From Eledone cirrhosa (Eukaryota): a stretch of 64,000 nucleotides of DNA. The position numbers and the translations under genes were made by a program. Below are positions 44,451 to 58,810 of the stretch, in pieces. Each line of letters begins with the position of its first letter. Position 1 is the first letter of the stretch. The notes under the pieces were generated by a model, which was not told where the DNA came from, ran no database searches, and worked only from the letters and a program-made list of their open reading frames with translations. The DNA lies in contig OZ024746.1 in NCBI GenBank assembly GCA_964016885.1, positions 74,648,001-74,712,000 of the forward strand. Reading direction: 5' to 3'.

Positions 44451-46397
44451 TTGTGTGTTTGAGTGTTTGTGTGTGTGAGTGGGTGTACACACACACGGAT
44501 GCTGTTATATTAGCTTCTTGTGCATGTGAGTGTGTAGGCTGAAATAATTAGAAATATTTCAACTGCCTCTCAAAATTGCATAAATTCAAACACAATATCA
44601 CAGACAGTGTTATTTTAAGATAAAATATAAATACTATAGTTATATTCTTGACTAAATCACTCATGCACTCATCTAGGATCAAGCACCCATATAGATGCCT
44701 TCAAATGCGACTGTCCGGTTTTCCAACCTGCAAGAAATACCATTCAAATATCTTTCAAATCATATCATAAAGTCTTAATTAAATGGATATTAGACAATAT
44801 AGTCCTTGATATAAAAATGGACGTGTTGTTTATGTCTTTACTTCTCTGATTCATCAGGTCTGGCATGGAGGTAAATATCAGGTACAGTAACAATACTGGT
44901 TCATAAAATTCAATACGATCAAAATATATCACTGTAAAATGTGACGTTATATGAGATTTATCAATTACCTGGGTTAGTTTCTGGATTTAATCTAACGAAA
45001 AGACTTATTCATATTTGCTCGAATTGTTAGAACTAACAACCACATATTCGTGAAATTTGTGGAAAATCAACAGTCGATCATTCTTCGCTCTACGCCAACG
45101 ATTTTGTCTAATTGAAAAGCAAAGGACGAAACAGCTGGCATCAGTGTGTGCGCGCGTAAGTGCTGATTCTAGGTGGTCGAATCCGCAAGTAATAAGACCA
45201 TCATTGAGTCATATGTCTCCCTCTTTGGCTTTCTGTAATCATGTAACCTGTTATGAATTTGGATAAATGATTTCTGTTGTGCAATTTGGTAAAGCCACCT
45301 CCGAAATCCGTAATACCATGATTCAGCTTAAAGCAGCCACACATCTGGTGGAGTTTTTCTGGTTGTATAAAAAGTAGATTTTCTGTGAAATAATTCTTCT
45401 TTAACTGTTTATTTTGTTATTCTAAACACATCTTCACTATAAACCAACGAATAGCGTACAAGTGCATCGTATAGGTGCAGAAGGATAATTTATTCATGTT
45501 GGCTATCATTATTTTATGTATTCAAGTATAACATGTTATTTTTAGAAGCTTTCATATTCCAAGTCCTCGGCATAAATAAAACAAGTTCGGATTCATTTCC
45601 AGTTCTTAAATGTTTTCTTTCACACTCTCATATATATGCTCCCCCTCTCTTTCTCCCTTTAAAACAAGTTATTTGGATTCATTTCCATTTCTTAAATTCT
45701 TTCTCTCTCACTCTCAAACATGTCATCTACCTCTCTTTCTCCCATTATCATATTTACTTTAAAAGTCTATATTGGACATAAGGCAGATTCTTTTGAACGT
45801 TGGATATTTGTTCTGGTTCTCTACGTTCTAAGTTCAAATCCTGCCGAAATCCACTTTGCCTTTCCCCTTTTAGGGTTTGATAAAGAAAGCACCAGCCTAA
45901 TGCTGGTACATCCCCCATTCCTTTCAAATGGATCGAGAGAAACAGTCTCGAGAGGGTGTCGTTGTTTCTTCGCGACTGCATGGGTATCTAAAACTTTTAG
46001 TGAAAGCATGGTACATATTACTATACCATACTCGATTGCGAGTGCTGGTTGTCGTTTTTGTTTATATTTGATAATTGTAATGTCAGCTTTTCCCATATAA
46101 GAATAAGCAAACTACGATAGCAACCTTCACGTCTTCTCTTGTCGCATTTAAATGACTGTTTCATGATTTTGATCAATCTGATAAAAGGCAAAGTATAAAA
46201 CACAGTTGTCTACACAGACATTACCGAAGGGCTTATAGTGACTTAATCAAATGTTTTAATGTCAACTCTGTAAGCGGCCCAGTTGTACAATCATGATTCT
46301 AGAATCATTGGAAAATATTCTAGTGAAAATGTATTTCTTTTTTAAATTCTTTTTTTTCAAAACTTCTGACTAACCACCATCATCACACCATGAATTC

Positions 46398-46700
46398 CAG
46401 ATATCACACAAACCTCATAGATATCACCACAGCATCATAGATATCACCGCAACATCATAGATATCACCACAACATCATATATCTCGCACAAACTTCCTAT
46501 ATGTCACATTAACAACATAGATAGCACACTAAACATCATAGATATCACCACAATATCATAGGTGTCAGCAAAACCTCTTAGATATAACTACATCATATAT
46601 GTCACCACAATATCATAGACAATACGTTACTGTCGTAGATATCACCACACCATAGATGCCACATTAACATTATGGACATCATACTAACCGTATAGATATC
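46398..46700 (+). repeat. Degenerate ~21 bp minisatellite (aacatcatagatatcaccaca)
   Basis: More than 10 recognisable units, grading into (ACC/ACT)n-rich low-complexity DNA to ~47360. Confidence 0.8.
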
Positions 46701-48364
46701 TACAACTACAACAAGAACACTACAACTGTAAGCCAATAAAAATACCTCTACAACAACAACCAAACTAATAACATGCCGGCATCGTTTCAACCACACTAAC
46801 ATCCCAATCATTACTACAACATTCATCGATATAATCCACTGGCATTAACACCGCAACTACTACAATTATAACTACACTACCACCACTAAAACTACTACAA
46901 TTATAGAAAATATCCCACCATTAAAGTCATCATCATTATAACACCACTACCACCGCAATCTCTACCAATTCAACCTCCACCATTTCAATGACACCATCAA
47001 TACTACAAATACACCACTACTAATCTATAATGGCGACATTACAGCCACATAACCACCACCACTACCATTAAAACAACCATCACTACAAACCCCACTACTA
47101 CAACCACTGCAACCACTATCAATATAACCTTTATCATTGGACCACTCCCATTATACCCACATTGCCACCACTACAACCACTATCATTATACTCTGTTGCC
47201 GCCACCACCGTTACAACTACACCCCCGTAGCTACAACCACCCGCATTGGGACCACATTATCACAATATAACCACCATCACTAATACCAACAATACTATAA
47301 AAACAACCACCACAGCAACAAAAATAACTCCCACTGCAACCACTACGACCACTTCACTACAGCATGTTTTAATTAACATGAAATAATTTTTCAAATGATA
47401 AGGGTTAAACGCAACTCCTCATTCAACTCATTAATTTCAATAATTTGACTGCAGCAGCCTTATTATAGCTGTTATCTATCTACACACACATATACACACA
47501 TATCCACCCGTAATAAAGGACTAAAATCTACCCCTATTACTCACTTCACTATTAAGATAGTGTACTCGAAATAGCACTTATGAAATAGGCGACAGTATTG
47601 CTGAGACCACACTGATAATCTCTCAATCCAATCTTAAAGTCGTCGGGTTTGCTGGATGGGGAAGATATTGTAGCGGAGTCGAGTTGGGTGGGAGAAAGGA
47701 GAGATCTGTTGATAGGAGAAGGTTCGATGTTCACTGTGAGGGTTTAGAGGAAGATACTGTTTAGTTAGTCTAGAGGGAGAAGGTTTGGTGAGAGTAGTGT
47801 TTAGTGTAGAGAGAGGGAGATGGGGGGGGGGTATGTGCATGTGGGAGAGAGAGAGATATAATGCATATGTATATGAGAGAGAGAGAAAGAAAGACATGGA
47901 GGATAGAATGATGAATTGATTGACGGTTACACTTTCAAATATGAAGTCTCCACGTGGCTGTTGAATCCAATAGAAGTAGCAGCCAAAACGCTCTCAAATT
48001 ACACACAACCATCTTTAAAAAGAATACATTGAATAACGAAATCCTGGACGTCCACTAGTCGTGGTAAGCGTGCTTAGCTCTTTGTGGTGTGGAGAGAGAA
48101 GGCATGCTGCTTATGAAACTACTTGTCTTCAATAAATAAATGTTTCACTGGTCTGGACCTTTAAATAGAACTTTTCATAGAGTTAACCCTGGTTGACAGT
48201 AGCCTTAGATATAACAGCACAGTTTCGGATATGAGAGGAGTTCTGCAAATAGGTTTTGTCGAGGGCCAAGAAATAATCGCTACAGAAGCATAATGGGCCA
48301 ATGAAGAGGACATTTCTTCTTTGTGATCCAGTTTTGACAAGGATTATATATATATATATATAAG

Positions 48365-48549
48365 GGCGGTGAATTGGCAGTATCGGTAGAGGGTCAGACA
48401 TGCTTTCCGGCATAGTTACGTCTCTTTACGATCTGAGTTCAAATCCCGCCGAGGTTAACTTTGCCTTTCATCCTTACAAGGTCGATAAAATAAAGTACCA
48501 GTAATGTACTGAGTAATTTCTGGCCTTGTGCCAAAAGTAGAAACAATTA
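48365..48549 (+). mobile_element. SINE-A full length inserted in (TA)n
   Basis: A/B boxes and complete body; attatatatata on both flanks. Confidence 0.93.
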
Positions 48550-49742
48550 TATATATATATATATATATATATTAACAGAAATACTACCCAACAGGTTTTC
48601 TGCATGTCTTTGTGTATGTTTCGCAGTGTATCTATTAATGTATATATATATTTATGAAAAAAAAAATGTCATTTCTGACAAGTAAATGATATCAACTCGC
48701 TTCGACATATTTCGTCAAATGGTACATTTAATCTAATACAATTACATTCATTATCTTCAGGTGACACCCAATTTAATGAATATGAAACAGAACTAAGAAG
48801 AAACATAATTCGACCTCGCACGCATTTGCGAATAAAACAGTTTCTTATTAACTCTCAGATGCTCCATGTCCGAACTAAAAGAACGCTACAATTAATTAAA
48901 AGGCAAATTTTCTGTTGTGACTGGGAAACGATACGAAGTTGCGGCGAGTAATTTACTTTCATACTTATATTTGCCGAAGCCCGAAAACCATGCGGACACA
49001 CGGATAGAAATTCGTATTTATTATTTGTGTGTTTGTGTGAGTATGCAAAACCACTATGAGATTCTTATATATCATAAAGCCTAGTTTATTTTAGTTACAT
49101 AAACACTTAACATTCTGTAATGATTTAGTAGAATATATGTAAAAATGTGAATATAAATATGCATCCTACTGGCCAGACCTCCGTCAAAATTGTCAGTATT
49201 AGAGAAAGGACTTCTGTTTTAATATATGGTCATAGTGATGTCTTGTAATTTTCAAGTATGTCGTGTTGATCTGGTTTCATGCGACGGTAAGTGTAAATAA
49301 TTTTAGCTGTGTTTCCTTCTCTTTAAATCGTACAACGTGACAGTGAGGGAACATCTACACGATCGACCCATATTCCAGAAATAGCAGCCAAACCATCCTC
49401 AATACAGCATATTGTCTCAAAACACATTGGATAAAGTAGACCTTGGTACATTATGATTGAAACAAAACAGTAGCTTGCATATCCGTTCAATGAGGGCTAA
49501 ATGAAAGCTAAGCAATAAAAATAACAGCAACAACAGCACTGTCCTGTACTTATCGGATGTTTTCTAGGTGTCTTCAGCATACTTCTGATGCAAAATGTAA
49601 GTGTATCCATGATGATTGTGTTTGGAATGTTAAGGAGGAACGGAGTGTGCCATCTGCTATGCAGGAATCTATGTATGTGTGTCTATAACTGAATATGTCT
49701 CTGTGTATGGACATCTGTTTATCTGTGTGCGTGTGTGTGTTG

Positions 49743-50060
49743 TGGACGCCGCGTGGCCGAATAGTTAAAAAGTTCACTACTGAATCATTAGGTCTCGGGT
49801 TCGGACTCACCGTGTGGCATCTTGGACAAGTATCATTCACCATAACCTCGAGTCGTCTTATGCCTTGTGGGTGATATTGAATAGACAGACACTGTTTGGA
49901 TGGTGGTTGGATAGACTGCATCTGATATTCAAAAGCCCAGCTTTGTCACATAGTGTGACACTTTAATATACATGTGTCTAGTATGTTCAGCCATGTACAC
50001 GATAATTCATGAGCAGGCTGTTATGTTGCTCGGAAACCTAGAACACTCATTGTTGATGGG
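49743..50060 (+). mobile_element. Older tRNA-derived SINE (distinct family)
   Basis: A box TGGCCGAATAG and B box GGTTCGGACTC followed by cttggacaagt core; more decayed relative at ~360-465. Confidence 0.65.
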
Positions 50061-50211
50061 GACTGTGTTCCATTCCCTTGCACGTCTATGGTATATATAT
50101 ATATAGAATATGCATACCAACTCTAACACATATATATCCTAGAAACGATCGTAAAATAATGAATTTTTCTAATATAAGGAACTGTTTCTTTGTTTATTCA
50201 TTATTTTTTTA

Positions 50212-50275
<64 letters not shown>

Positions 50276-50317
50276 AGAAAACGAAAAATCAGTGATGCAT
50301 CTGGGCTTAGTTTATTT

Positions 50318-50397
50318 CGTGTTACAAATGTTTCGCCGGCATGTAGCTCCTTGTATGGATCTGGCTGATTCTACTTCTGTGGGTTCTTTCAGACACG
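50318..50397 (-). ncRNA. Degenerate hammerhead motif
   Basis: Minus strand CGTGT-CTGAAAGA..-GAAAC ATTT GTA|ACACG. Extra A in core, stem II poor; insert 50272-50431 in (TA)n. Confidence 0.5.
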
Positions 50398-50430
50398 GGT
50401 GTTACGTCTGGAGCAAATTTTAACACCCCA

Positions 50431-50490
<60 letters not shown>

Positions 50491-50755
50491 CTGTATGTGT
50501 GTGTGTTTTACTTGATAAACCCCGAGGACAGAGTTCAGACCAAACCAGAACTAGCGATGCCGTTGTTATTAATTTCGGGTTATGGATGTGTATATATGTT
50601 TAGTTTAATTCTGTATATGTGGTGTATGTGTGCTTGTGTATGTTTGTATGTGTGTATATCTGTGTATGAGTTTGCAGGTGATTGTGTATTTCTGTGTATG
50701 TGTATATTTATGTATGTATTTGTGTATTTCAATATGTGTATAATCGTGTATATAA

Positions 50756-50847
<92 letters not shown>

Positions 50848-51099
50848 AAATGTGAGTGTATGTGTATGTGTGTGAGTCTAGTTAAGAATGTGATTACGTG
50901 TGATGGTTTTATGAATTTCTGTGTGTACATGTGTTTCTATTTGCGTGTGTCTGTGTTTGTGTATGTAGTTATTTAATTATAAGTTTGTATGTGCTTGTGT
51001 GCGTATTTATCTATTTGTATGTGTGCAGCTGTGTGTGAATGTGTGTTTATTTGTTTATAATTTTAAATTTGCGAATATGTGTTTGGCGATTTGTGTGTG

Positions 51100-51135
<36 letters not shown>

Positions 51136-51159
51136 CTTATATATATGTATACATATATA

Positions 51160-51214
<55 letters not shown>

Positions 51215-51522
51215 TGTGTGTATATATAACATATATATATATATGTATTTATATATGTGTCTGTATGTATGTATGTATGTGTGCATGTGAGTGCGGCTTT
51301 GTTTGTATATTTGTGTGTGTATCTATTTATATATATATATATGTGCATGAGTGTGTTTGTGTGTCTGTGGGTGGTTTATGGATTTTTTTTAAATTTTAAT
51401 TTTCTCTCGTGCTTTTTTTTTTTATGATATAAAGATTAGTTTATTTGATAATATTTATTATCTAAGGCGTAAATATGATGTTGGGCTGAATAATAATAAT
51501 GTCGGTGTGGAGTGGAGAATAA

Positions 51523-51895
51523 AGGTGGTGGCGGTGGTGGCGGTGGTGACGGTGGTGGTGATGACGTTGGTGGTAGTGGTGGTGGTGGTGGTGGTGGTGG
51601 TGGTGGTCGTTATCGTCGTGATTGTGTTGGAAGAGATGGTTACAGTGTTGAGGACTTTGTTGTAATAATGGCAATGTTGGTACTTTTTCCAATACTTCAG
51701 CTGTTACAGTGAGGTAGGGAGTCTGATGGTGATAGTGGTGATGATAGTTGTTGGTGGTGGTGGTGGTGGTGGGGCGGGTGTCTTGGTGGCGGTGGTGGTG
51801 GTGGTGGTGGTGGTGGTGGTGGTGGTGGTGGTGGTGGGGCGGGTGTCTTGGTGGCGGTGGTGGTGGTGGTGGTGGTGTTGGTGGTGGTGGTGGTG

Positions 51896-51927
<32 letters not shown>

Positions 51928-53035
51928 GGTGGTGGTGTTGGTGGTGGTGGTAGTGGTGGTGGTGGTGGTGGTGGTGGTGGTAGTGGTGGTGGTGGTAGTG
52001 GTGGTGGTGGTGGTGGTGGTGGTGGTGATATTGGTGCTGTTGGTGGTGGTGGTGGTGGTGGTGGTGGTGGTGGTGGTGGTGGTGGTGGTGGTGGTGGTGG
52101 TGTTGGTGGTAGTGGTGGTGGTGGTGGTGTTGGTGGTGGTGGTGGTGTTGGTGGTAGTGGTGGTGGTGGTGGTGGTGGTGGTGTTGGTGGTAGTGGTGGT
52201 GGTAGTGGTGGTGTTGTTGGTGGTGGTGGTGGTGGCGGTGTTGGTGGTGGTGGTGGTGGTGATATTGATGCTGTTGGTGTTGGTGGTAGTGGTGGTGGTG
52301 GTGGTGGTGGTGGTGGTGGTGGTGGCGGTGTTGGTGTTGGTGGTGATATTGATGCTGTTGGTGTTGGTGGTAGTGGTGGTGGTGGTGGTGGTGGTGGTGG
52401 TGATATTGGTGGTGGTGCTGTTGGTGGTAGTTGTGGTGGTGGTGGTGGTGGTGGTAGTGGTGGTGGTGGTGGTGGTGGTGGTGGTGATATTGATGCTGTT
52501 GGTGTTGGTGGTAGTGGTGGTGGTGGTGGTGTTGGTGGTGGTGGTGATATTGATGCTGTTGGTGTTGGTGGTAGTGGTGGTGGTGGTAGTGGTGGTGGTG
52601 GTGGTGATATTGGTGGTGGTGCTGTTGGTGTTGGTGGTAGTGGTGGTGGTGGTGGTGGTGGTGATATTGGTGCTGTTGGTGTTGGTGGTAGTGGTGGTGG
52701 AGGTGGTGATGGTGGTGGTGGTGATATTGGTGGTGGTGCTGTTGGTGTTGGTGGTAGTGGTGGTGGTGGTGGTGGTGATGGTGGTGATATTGGTGCTGTT
52801 GGTGTTGGTAGTAGTGGTGGTGGAGGTGGTGATGGTGGTGGTGGTGATATTGGTGGTGGTGCTGTTGGTGTTGGTGGTAGTGGTGGTGGTGGTGGTGGTG
52901 GTGGTGGTGATATTGGTGCTGTTGGTGTTGGTAGTAGTGGTGGTGGTGATGGTGATATTGGTGGTGGTAGTGGTGGTGATATTGGTAGTGGCAGTGTTGG
53001 TGTTAGTGGTTTGTTTGTGTTAGGTGATGGTGGTA
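51523..53035. repeat. (GGT)n compound repeat with higher-order unit ggtgatattggtgctgttggtgttggtggtagt(ggt)n
   Basis: Direct reading; explains the poly-G/P/V ORFs. Confidence 0.95.
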
Positions 53036-53756
53036 GCTGTAGTGAAGGCGGTGTGTGATGGTTATGCAAGTGGTTCTAATGGCAGTGAGTCTGCTGATGA
53101 TAAGAGTAGTTAATAATTGCCTTATTACTAATAATGGTGATGAAAGGGCAACTTAGAGGAACCTTGGAGGTGAGGATAAGAATATTGACCATAGAAGTCT
53201 TAGCGTTCGTCGTCATACAAGTGACTGAAGAGGGGTGTTGTAGATGTTGAAGATAATGATGATGATGATGATGATGGTGGTGGTGATTATGGTAATGATA
53301 ATCATCATCATCGTCATCATAATCGTCAGTATCGTCATATCATCGTCATCATCATCATCCTAATGGCTAGATTTAATGATAATGGTGATGATGGTGGTGT
53401 TGGTGGTGAAGTTGGTGGTGATGTTGTTGGTGGTGGTGGGGTATTGTGTGATGGGGGGTGATATTGTGTTGGTCATGATAGTGAGAATGATAAATTATAT
53501 GTTGACACCGACAAAAAAAGTATTAAAATGTTAACAACGATGATAATAATAATTATTATTATTCGCATAGAATGACAGCTGATGACAATACTAATTGCAG
53601 TAATAGCAGCAACAATAACACAACCACCCACAAATACTACTACAACAATAACACCACCACCACTACCACCGCCATTACTACCAAATCTCAAGCAAGCACA
53701 CGTACTAAATTATTAGATTGGCACAATTATCTTTACAATAGCAACAAGAGCCATAT

Positions 53757-54097
53757 AAATAATCGCTTCCACTTTTGGCACAAGGCCAGCAATTAGAAGG
53801 GAAGGGGTAAACCGATTAAATTGATCCCTCTGCTGTACTTTATTTTGTCGACCCCGTAGGAGTGAAAGACGAAGCTATCCTCAGCAAGATTTGAATACTT
53901 AACGTAAAGAGCCATAATTGTTTCTACTTTTTGGCACAAGGCCAGCAATTACCCAGTGTATTACTGGTACTTTATTTTATCGACCCCGTAAGGATGAAAG
54001 GCAAAGTTAACCTCGGCGGGATTCGAACTCAGAATGGCAAGGGCCGTAACTCTATGCTTCAAGGCATAGCGTCCGACCCTCTACCGATACTGCCAAT
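53757..54097 (-). mobile_element. Old SINE-A (53757-53912) followed by young full-length SINE-A (53915-54097)
   Basis: Two family copies; imperfect TSD aaaga(g/a)ccataat around the young one. Confidence 0.88.
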
Positions 54098-54689
54098 CGA
54101 CAAAGAACCATAATATATGTTGCAAAGCATATTGGCCGAAGCTACCACTATTGATACTACCACTCTATCGCCATAAGAACAATATAAATAATAACAATAA
54201 CAATATGCCCACCAAGAACAACTACAAAAACTATAACAATTATAACAACGCAATCAACAACTACATCAATAACAATGGCAGCGACAACAGCAATAATCAC
54301 AGCTATTCAGTGAAGGAGCGGTTTTCTGATTTGCTAGGATTAGTAGTCAAATCCCCTTCAAACTACACAATACCTGAAATGAGATAATAAAACTCACTAA
54401 TTAATCGAAATGCATACTTCCAAAGACTGGATAGTCGTGGCTGGAATTCCTTCAATCGTAGGTTTACTGAATCAGGGCTGACCGGGTGACTACACACCCA
54501 GAAGAAAAATATATATTTATAACTTTTAGCAATAAGATATAAAAACAACATTAATAACAACACCATCATCACCATCATCATAATAAAAACAAACCCAAAG
54601 AACTTCTACTTGATCACTTGATTTCCTAAAAACAGTAGTCAACTATCCCTCAAATTACAGCTGACAAGTTTTAGAAATGGACATAATGA

Positions 54690-54876
54690 ATAATTGTTTC
54701 TACGTTAGGCACAAGGCCAGCAAATACCCAGTGTATTACTGGTACTTTATTTTATCGACCCCGTAAGGATGAAAGGCAAATTTAACCTCGGCGGGATTTG
54801 AACTCAGAATGGCAAGGGCCGTAACTCTATGCGCCAAAGCATGGCGTCAGACACTCTACCAATACTGCCAATCCAC
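54690..54876 (-). mobile_element. SINE-A full length
   Basis: Complete family sequence. Confidence 0.92.
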
Positions 54877-54984
54877 AATAAGGTCCCGAATCCTTTACAC
54901 ATAAGAAAAAGGCGGTCGGTGCAGACCTGGGGCTAAAGAAGTAGAACAACAATAGCAACAACACCAACAATAATAGTCTAACAT

Positions 54985-55340
54985 TGGCATAAGGTGAGTA
55001 CATTTTATTTTATTGACTCCTGAAGGATAAAAGACAAAGTTGTTCTCGGCGAGATTTGAACACAGAACGTAAAGAGTAGGAGCAAATACCGCAAGGTATT
55101 TTGTCCGACGGTCTATCAATGACAACAATAATAACGCTTTGTCGTTTAGGCACAAGGCCAGCAATTTTGAAGGGGAGGGGGTCGATTAAATTGACTCCAG
55201 TACGTTACTGGTGCTTTATTTTGCCGCCCCTCTATTGATGAAAGGCAAAACTAACCTCGGCGGGATTTGAACTCAGAAAGTAAAGTCACGTAACTAGATA
55301 TCGCAAAGCAATTTTTCTGACACTATCGATTCTACCAATA
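54985..55340 (-). mobile_element. Two older SINE-A-related copies in tandem
   Basis: Diverged cores at 54995-55115 and 55135-55340; another at ~55712-55920. Confidence 0.7.
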
Positions 55341-55420
55341 CACAAGTCTATCAACATCAACAATAATAATAAAAACATATTTATCAATAACTAGTATTAT
55401 ATAATGATAATAAAATAAAA

Positions 55421-55628
55421 AGAGTGAATATAATTGTTTCTACTTTTGGCACAAGGCCAGCAATTATCCCAGTGCAGAGTGAATATAATTGTTTTTAATT
55501 TTGGCACAAGGCCAGCAATTATCCCAGTGCAGAGTGAATATAATTGTTTCTACATTAGGCACAAGGCCAGCAATTACCTAGTACATTACTGGTACTTTAT
55601 TTTATCGACCCCGTAAGTGAATATAATG
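55421..55628 (-). mobile_element. Three stacked SINE-A 3' ends, each with a duplicated target
   Basis: agagtgaatataat + SINE 3' end repeated at 55421, 55476 and 55531; final gtgaatataat at 55617. Confidence 0.85.
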
Positions 55629-56789
55629 ATGGTAAATATGATTCTATTTATTAGCCTCGAATAAATGCTGCATTTGGACAATAATAAAGATAATAAAGAA
55701 TAATAAAGATAATCATTTCTAATTTAAGCACAAGGCCAACAATTTGGTGATGGTGATGTTGATTGAATCGACACCCAATAATTGACTGCAACTTTATTTT
55801 AATTATCCTGGAAGACTGAAAAGCAAAATTGACTTTGTCAGGATTTGAACACAGAACGTAAAGAGCTGGAATAGATACGACAATGTATTCTGTTATTCTG
55901 TTCGTTCTAATGATTCTGCAACCCTAACAATATTGTTGTTTAGCCTCCCGAAAAGGAGAGACTATGGTGCAGGGAGTGAAAAACATAGTGGTGGTGGGTT
56001 TGGACTGGAATGGGGGATAAAAGGAAGCAAGCCATAAATGATATCAAACTACTAAAATGATAAAACATAAAATAAACTTTAAAAAAGAATTTAACAAACT
56101 AATAAAAAAAAACAAAAAAAAAACAAACAACACAGCTAAAGCACGATAAAGTGTTATCACATGTACAGAGAATGTAAGAGGGAGAACGGAAGGAGATGGG
56201 AAGAGTGATTGGGAGAGACAGAGGGTGTAAAGAGAGACTTGCATATAGAGAGATGTGTAGATTTAGTGATAGAGATGATGACGGAAAGAGAGAGGGGGCG
56301 AAAGAGAAATGTGCATCTCCAATAGAAAGGGATATGATGACTGAGAGAGAGGGGGGAGAAGCAATAGACTCACACATATAGAGTTGTATACAGATCAAGA
56401 TAGAGATAATGATAGAAAAAGAAGAAGAAAAAAAAAAGGAGAGAGTGAGAGAGAGACTGCGTGTGTGTGTGTTGTGTAACGATTCAGAGAAAAATTTATA
56501 GTAATAGAAATAGAGTTGGTGATATAAGGTGAGAAGAGGAGAAGAAAGAGGTGCACAGATACAGAGAGTTGTATAGAGATGGCGATAGAGATGATGATAG
56601 AGATGTAGAATATAGAAAGACTCTGAGAGAGAGATACATAGAGATAGATAGGAATATAAAGAGAGAAAGTGAGAGAGAAAGAGAGAGAGATGGAGGAAAG
56701 GAAATAACAAACAAACTCGCAGAGAGAAAGAGAGAGAGATGGGGGTGATATAAAGAGATGAAACAAAACGAGGAGAAAGTAAAAGAAAC

Positions 56790-56864
<75 letters not shown>

Positions 56865-57355
56865 ACAGACAGAATCACACATCCACAGAGATGTATATCG
56901 ATAAAGATAGAGATGATGATAACAGGGTGGAAGAGAGAGAGAGACATACAGACTGACTAACAGACAAAATGACAAAACATACACACGTACACACACACAC
57001 ATGCTCGTACATAAACACATTCACCGATAGAGATAGAGATTGAGATAGCAGAGAGGAGAGAGGTGAGGTAGAGAAGAGGAGAAATATGAGTGTAATTGCT
57101 ATAAAAACACAACAAAATAATACTTTTTTTTTTTAATAAAATAAGATGAAAATAAAAAAGCAGAATATAAAATGAAATAAAATAAAAGGAAATAAAATCA
57201 ATGAGTATTAATATTATTAAATAAATATGGGCAAATAATATGAACATCAATTAATTGCATGACTTGACTCTTGTTTTGTAAACTGATCATTTCCAGTCAA
57301 TACTAATAGATGAGATAGAAAGATGAGGTAGGTAGATAGTTAGATAGATAAGTAG

Positions 57356-57392
<37 letters not shown>

Positions 57393-57550
57393 GAGAGGGG
57401 GGGGGGGGGTGGGCAGATCGACAGTCAGATGGATAGATAGACAGATATATATATATATATATATATATATACCGAGAGGGGGTGGGGGTCAGATCGACAG
57501 TCAGATGGATAGATAGACAGATAACGAGAGAGATGAGATAGATAGATAAG

Positions 57551-57590
<40 letters not shown>

Positions 57591-57594
<4 letters not shown>

Positions 57595-57792
57595 AACGAG
57601 TAGGACCCCGACGGCTGAGCTCAAGCCGTTTCGACGGCTATTTCTGGACTGAATTAGTCCAGAATTAGCCGTCGAAACGGCTTGAGCTCAGCCGTCGGGG
57701 TCCTACTCGTTCCTATTACCCACTCTACTACCCTAAGTATTGAGTACTTTGGTGCGTTATGGTCCATCTGGTTCCTTACCACATTTCCTTCG

Positions 57793-57794
<2 letters not shown>
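57591..57794 (+). mobile_element. Hairpin-headed short element (HHR 3'-half family)
   Basis: Palindrome 57591-57716; GAAA-CGGCT tgagctc AGCCGT-C|GGGGTC; shared tail; (TA)n flanks. Confidence 0.88.
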
Positions 57795-57827
<33 letters not shown>

Positions 57828-57898
57828 CGTGTGTGTGTGTGTGTATAGAGAGAGAGAGAGACAGAGAGTGAGAGGGAGAGAGAGGCTGACTGACAGAC

Positions 57899-57954
<56 letters not shown>

Positions 57955-58270
57955 TGATCGATAGATAGATAGATGAGATAGATTGATCGATAGATAGATA
58001 GCTAGAGGTAGAAAATAGGTAAATATATAGACAGACAGACAGAACAATAAATAAAGAGGGTGAGAGAGATGGGGAGGGGGAAGAGGGTTGAAAATATATA
58101 TATATATATATATATAAATATATATATATGTATATATATATATAAATATCTATCTATCTATATATATATATATATATATATAGTGACAAATTGAACGGGA
58201 ACAAAACAGAGAGGCAGTACGAACAAATGTCTATTAGTTTCACGCTCTTGAGAGTGGGGTGGTGGTGGGG

Positions 58271-58305
58271 AACGACGTTTCGGGCATAAGCCCTTCTTCA
58301 GGCGA
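58271..58305 (-). ncRNA. Minimal hammerhead motif typical of Penelope-like elements
   Basis: Minus strand CTGAAGA-a GGGC ttat GCCC-GAAAC GTC; stem I weak. Confidence 0.7.
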
Positions 58306-58778
58306 AAAGTGTGTGGGAAGAGAGTTCCAAGGGTGTGTAGAGGAGTGGAGGAGAGACATATAGAAAAGGGGGGGGTGAGGAAACGGTACAAATGAAAATA
58401 AATATAAAAGCATAATAAAAATAAAAATAAACATATAAGTTAAACAAGTGGTGGAAGGGTGTGGGGCGTGTAGGGATGGTGGCGGGTGGAGTGGGGAGAG
58501 GGAGGCGGGGTGTCCGAGCGGGGAGGGCTGAAGGTGGTGTGTGTGTGTAGGTGTACGTGTGTGTGTGTGTGTGTGTGTATGTATGTGAATGTGAGAGTTG
58601 GGGGAAGAACGGGGTTGCATGTTCAGGAAATGGTGCGTGTGGGGTGGGGGTGTAGGTCGGTGTGTGTGTGTGCGTGTGTGGATGGGGAGGATTCCGGAGG
58701 CTTAGTGTGTAAATATGTGGTGGTACGCACGTGTGTGTGGTGTTTATACGTATTGTGGATGTAGGTGGCGTGTGGGAA

Positions 58779-58810
<32 letters not shown>

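Noticed and set aside
51462-53069. 535 aa proline-rich (extensin/formin-like) and 436 aa glycine-rich ORFs
   Set aside because: Products of a (GGT)n array open in several frames on both strands; no non-repetitive domain.
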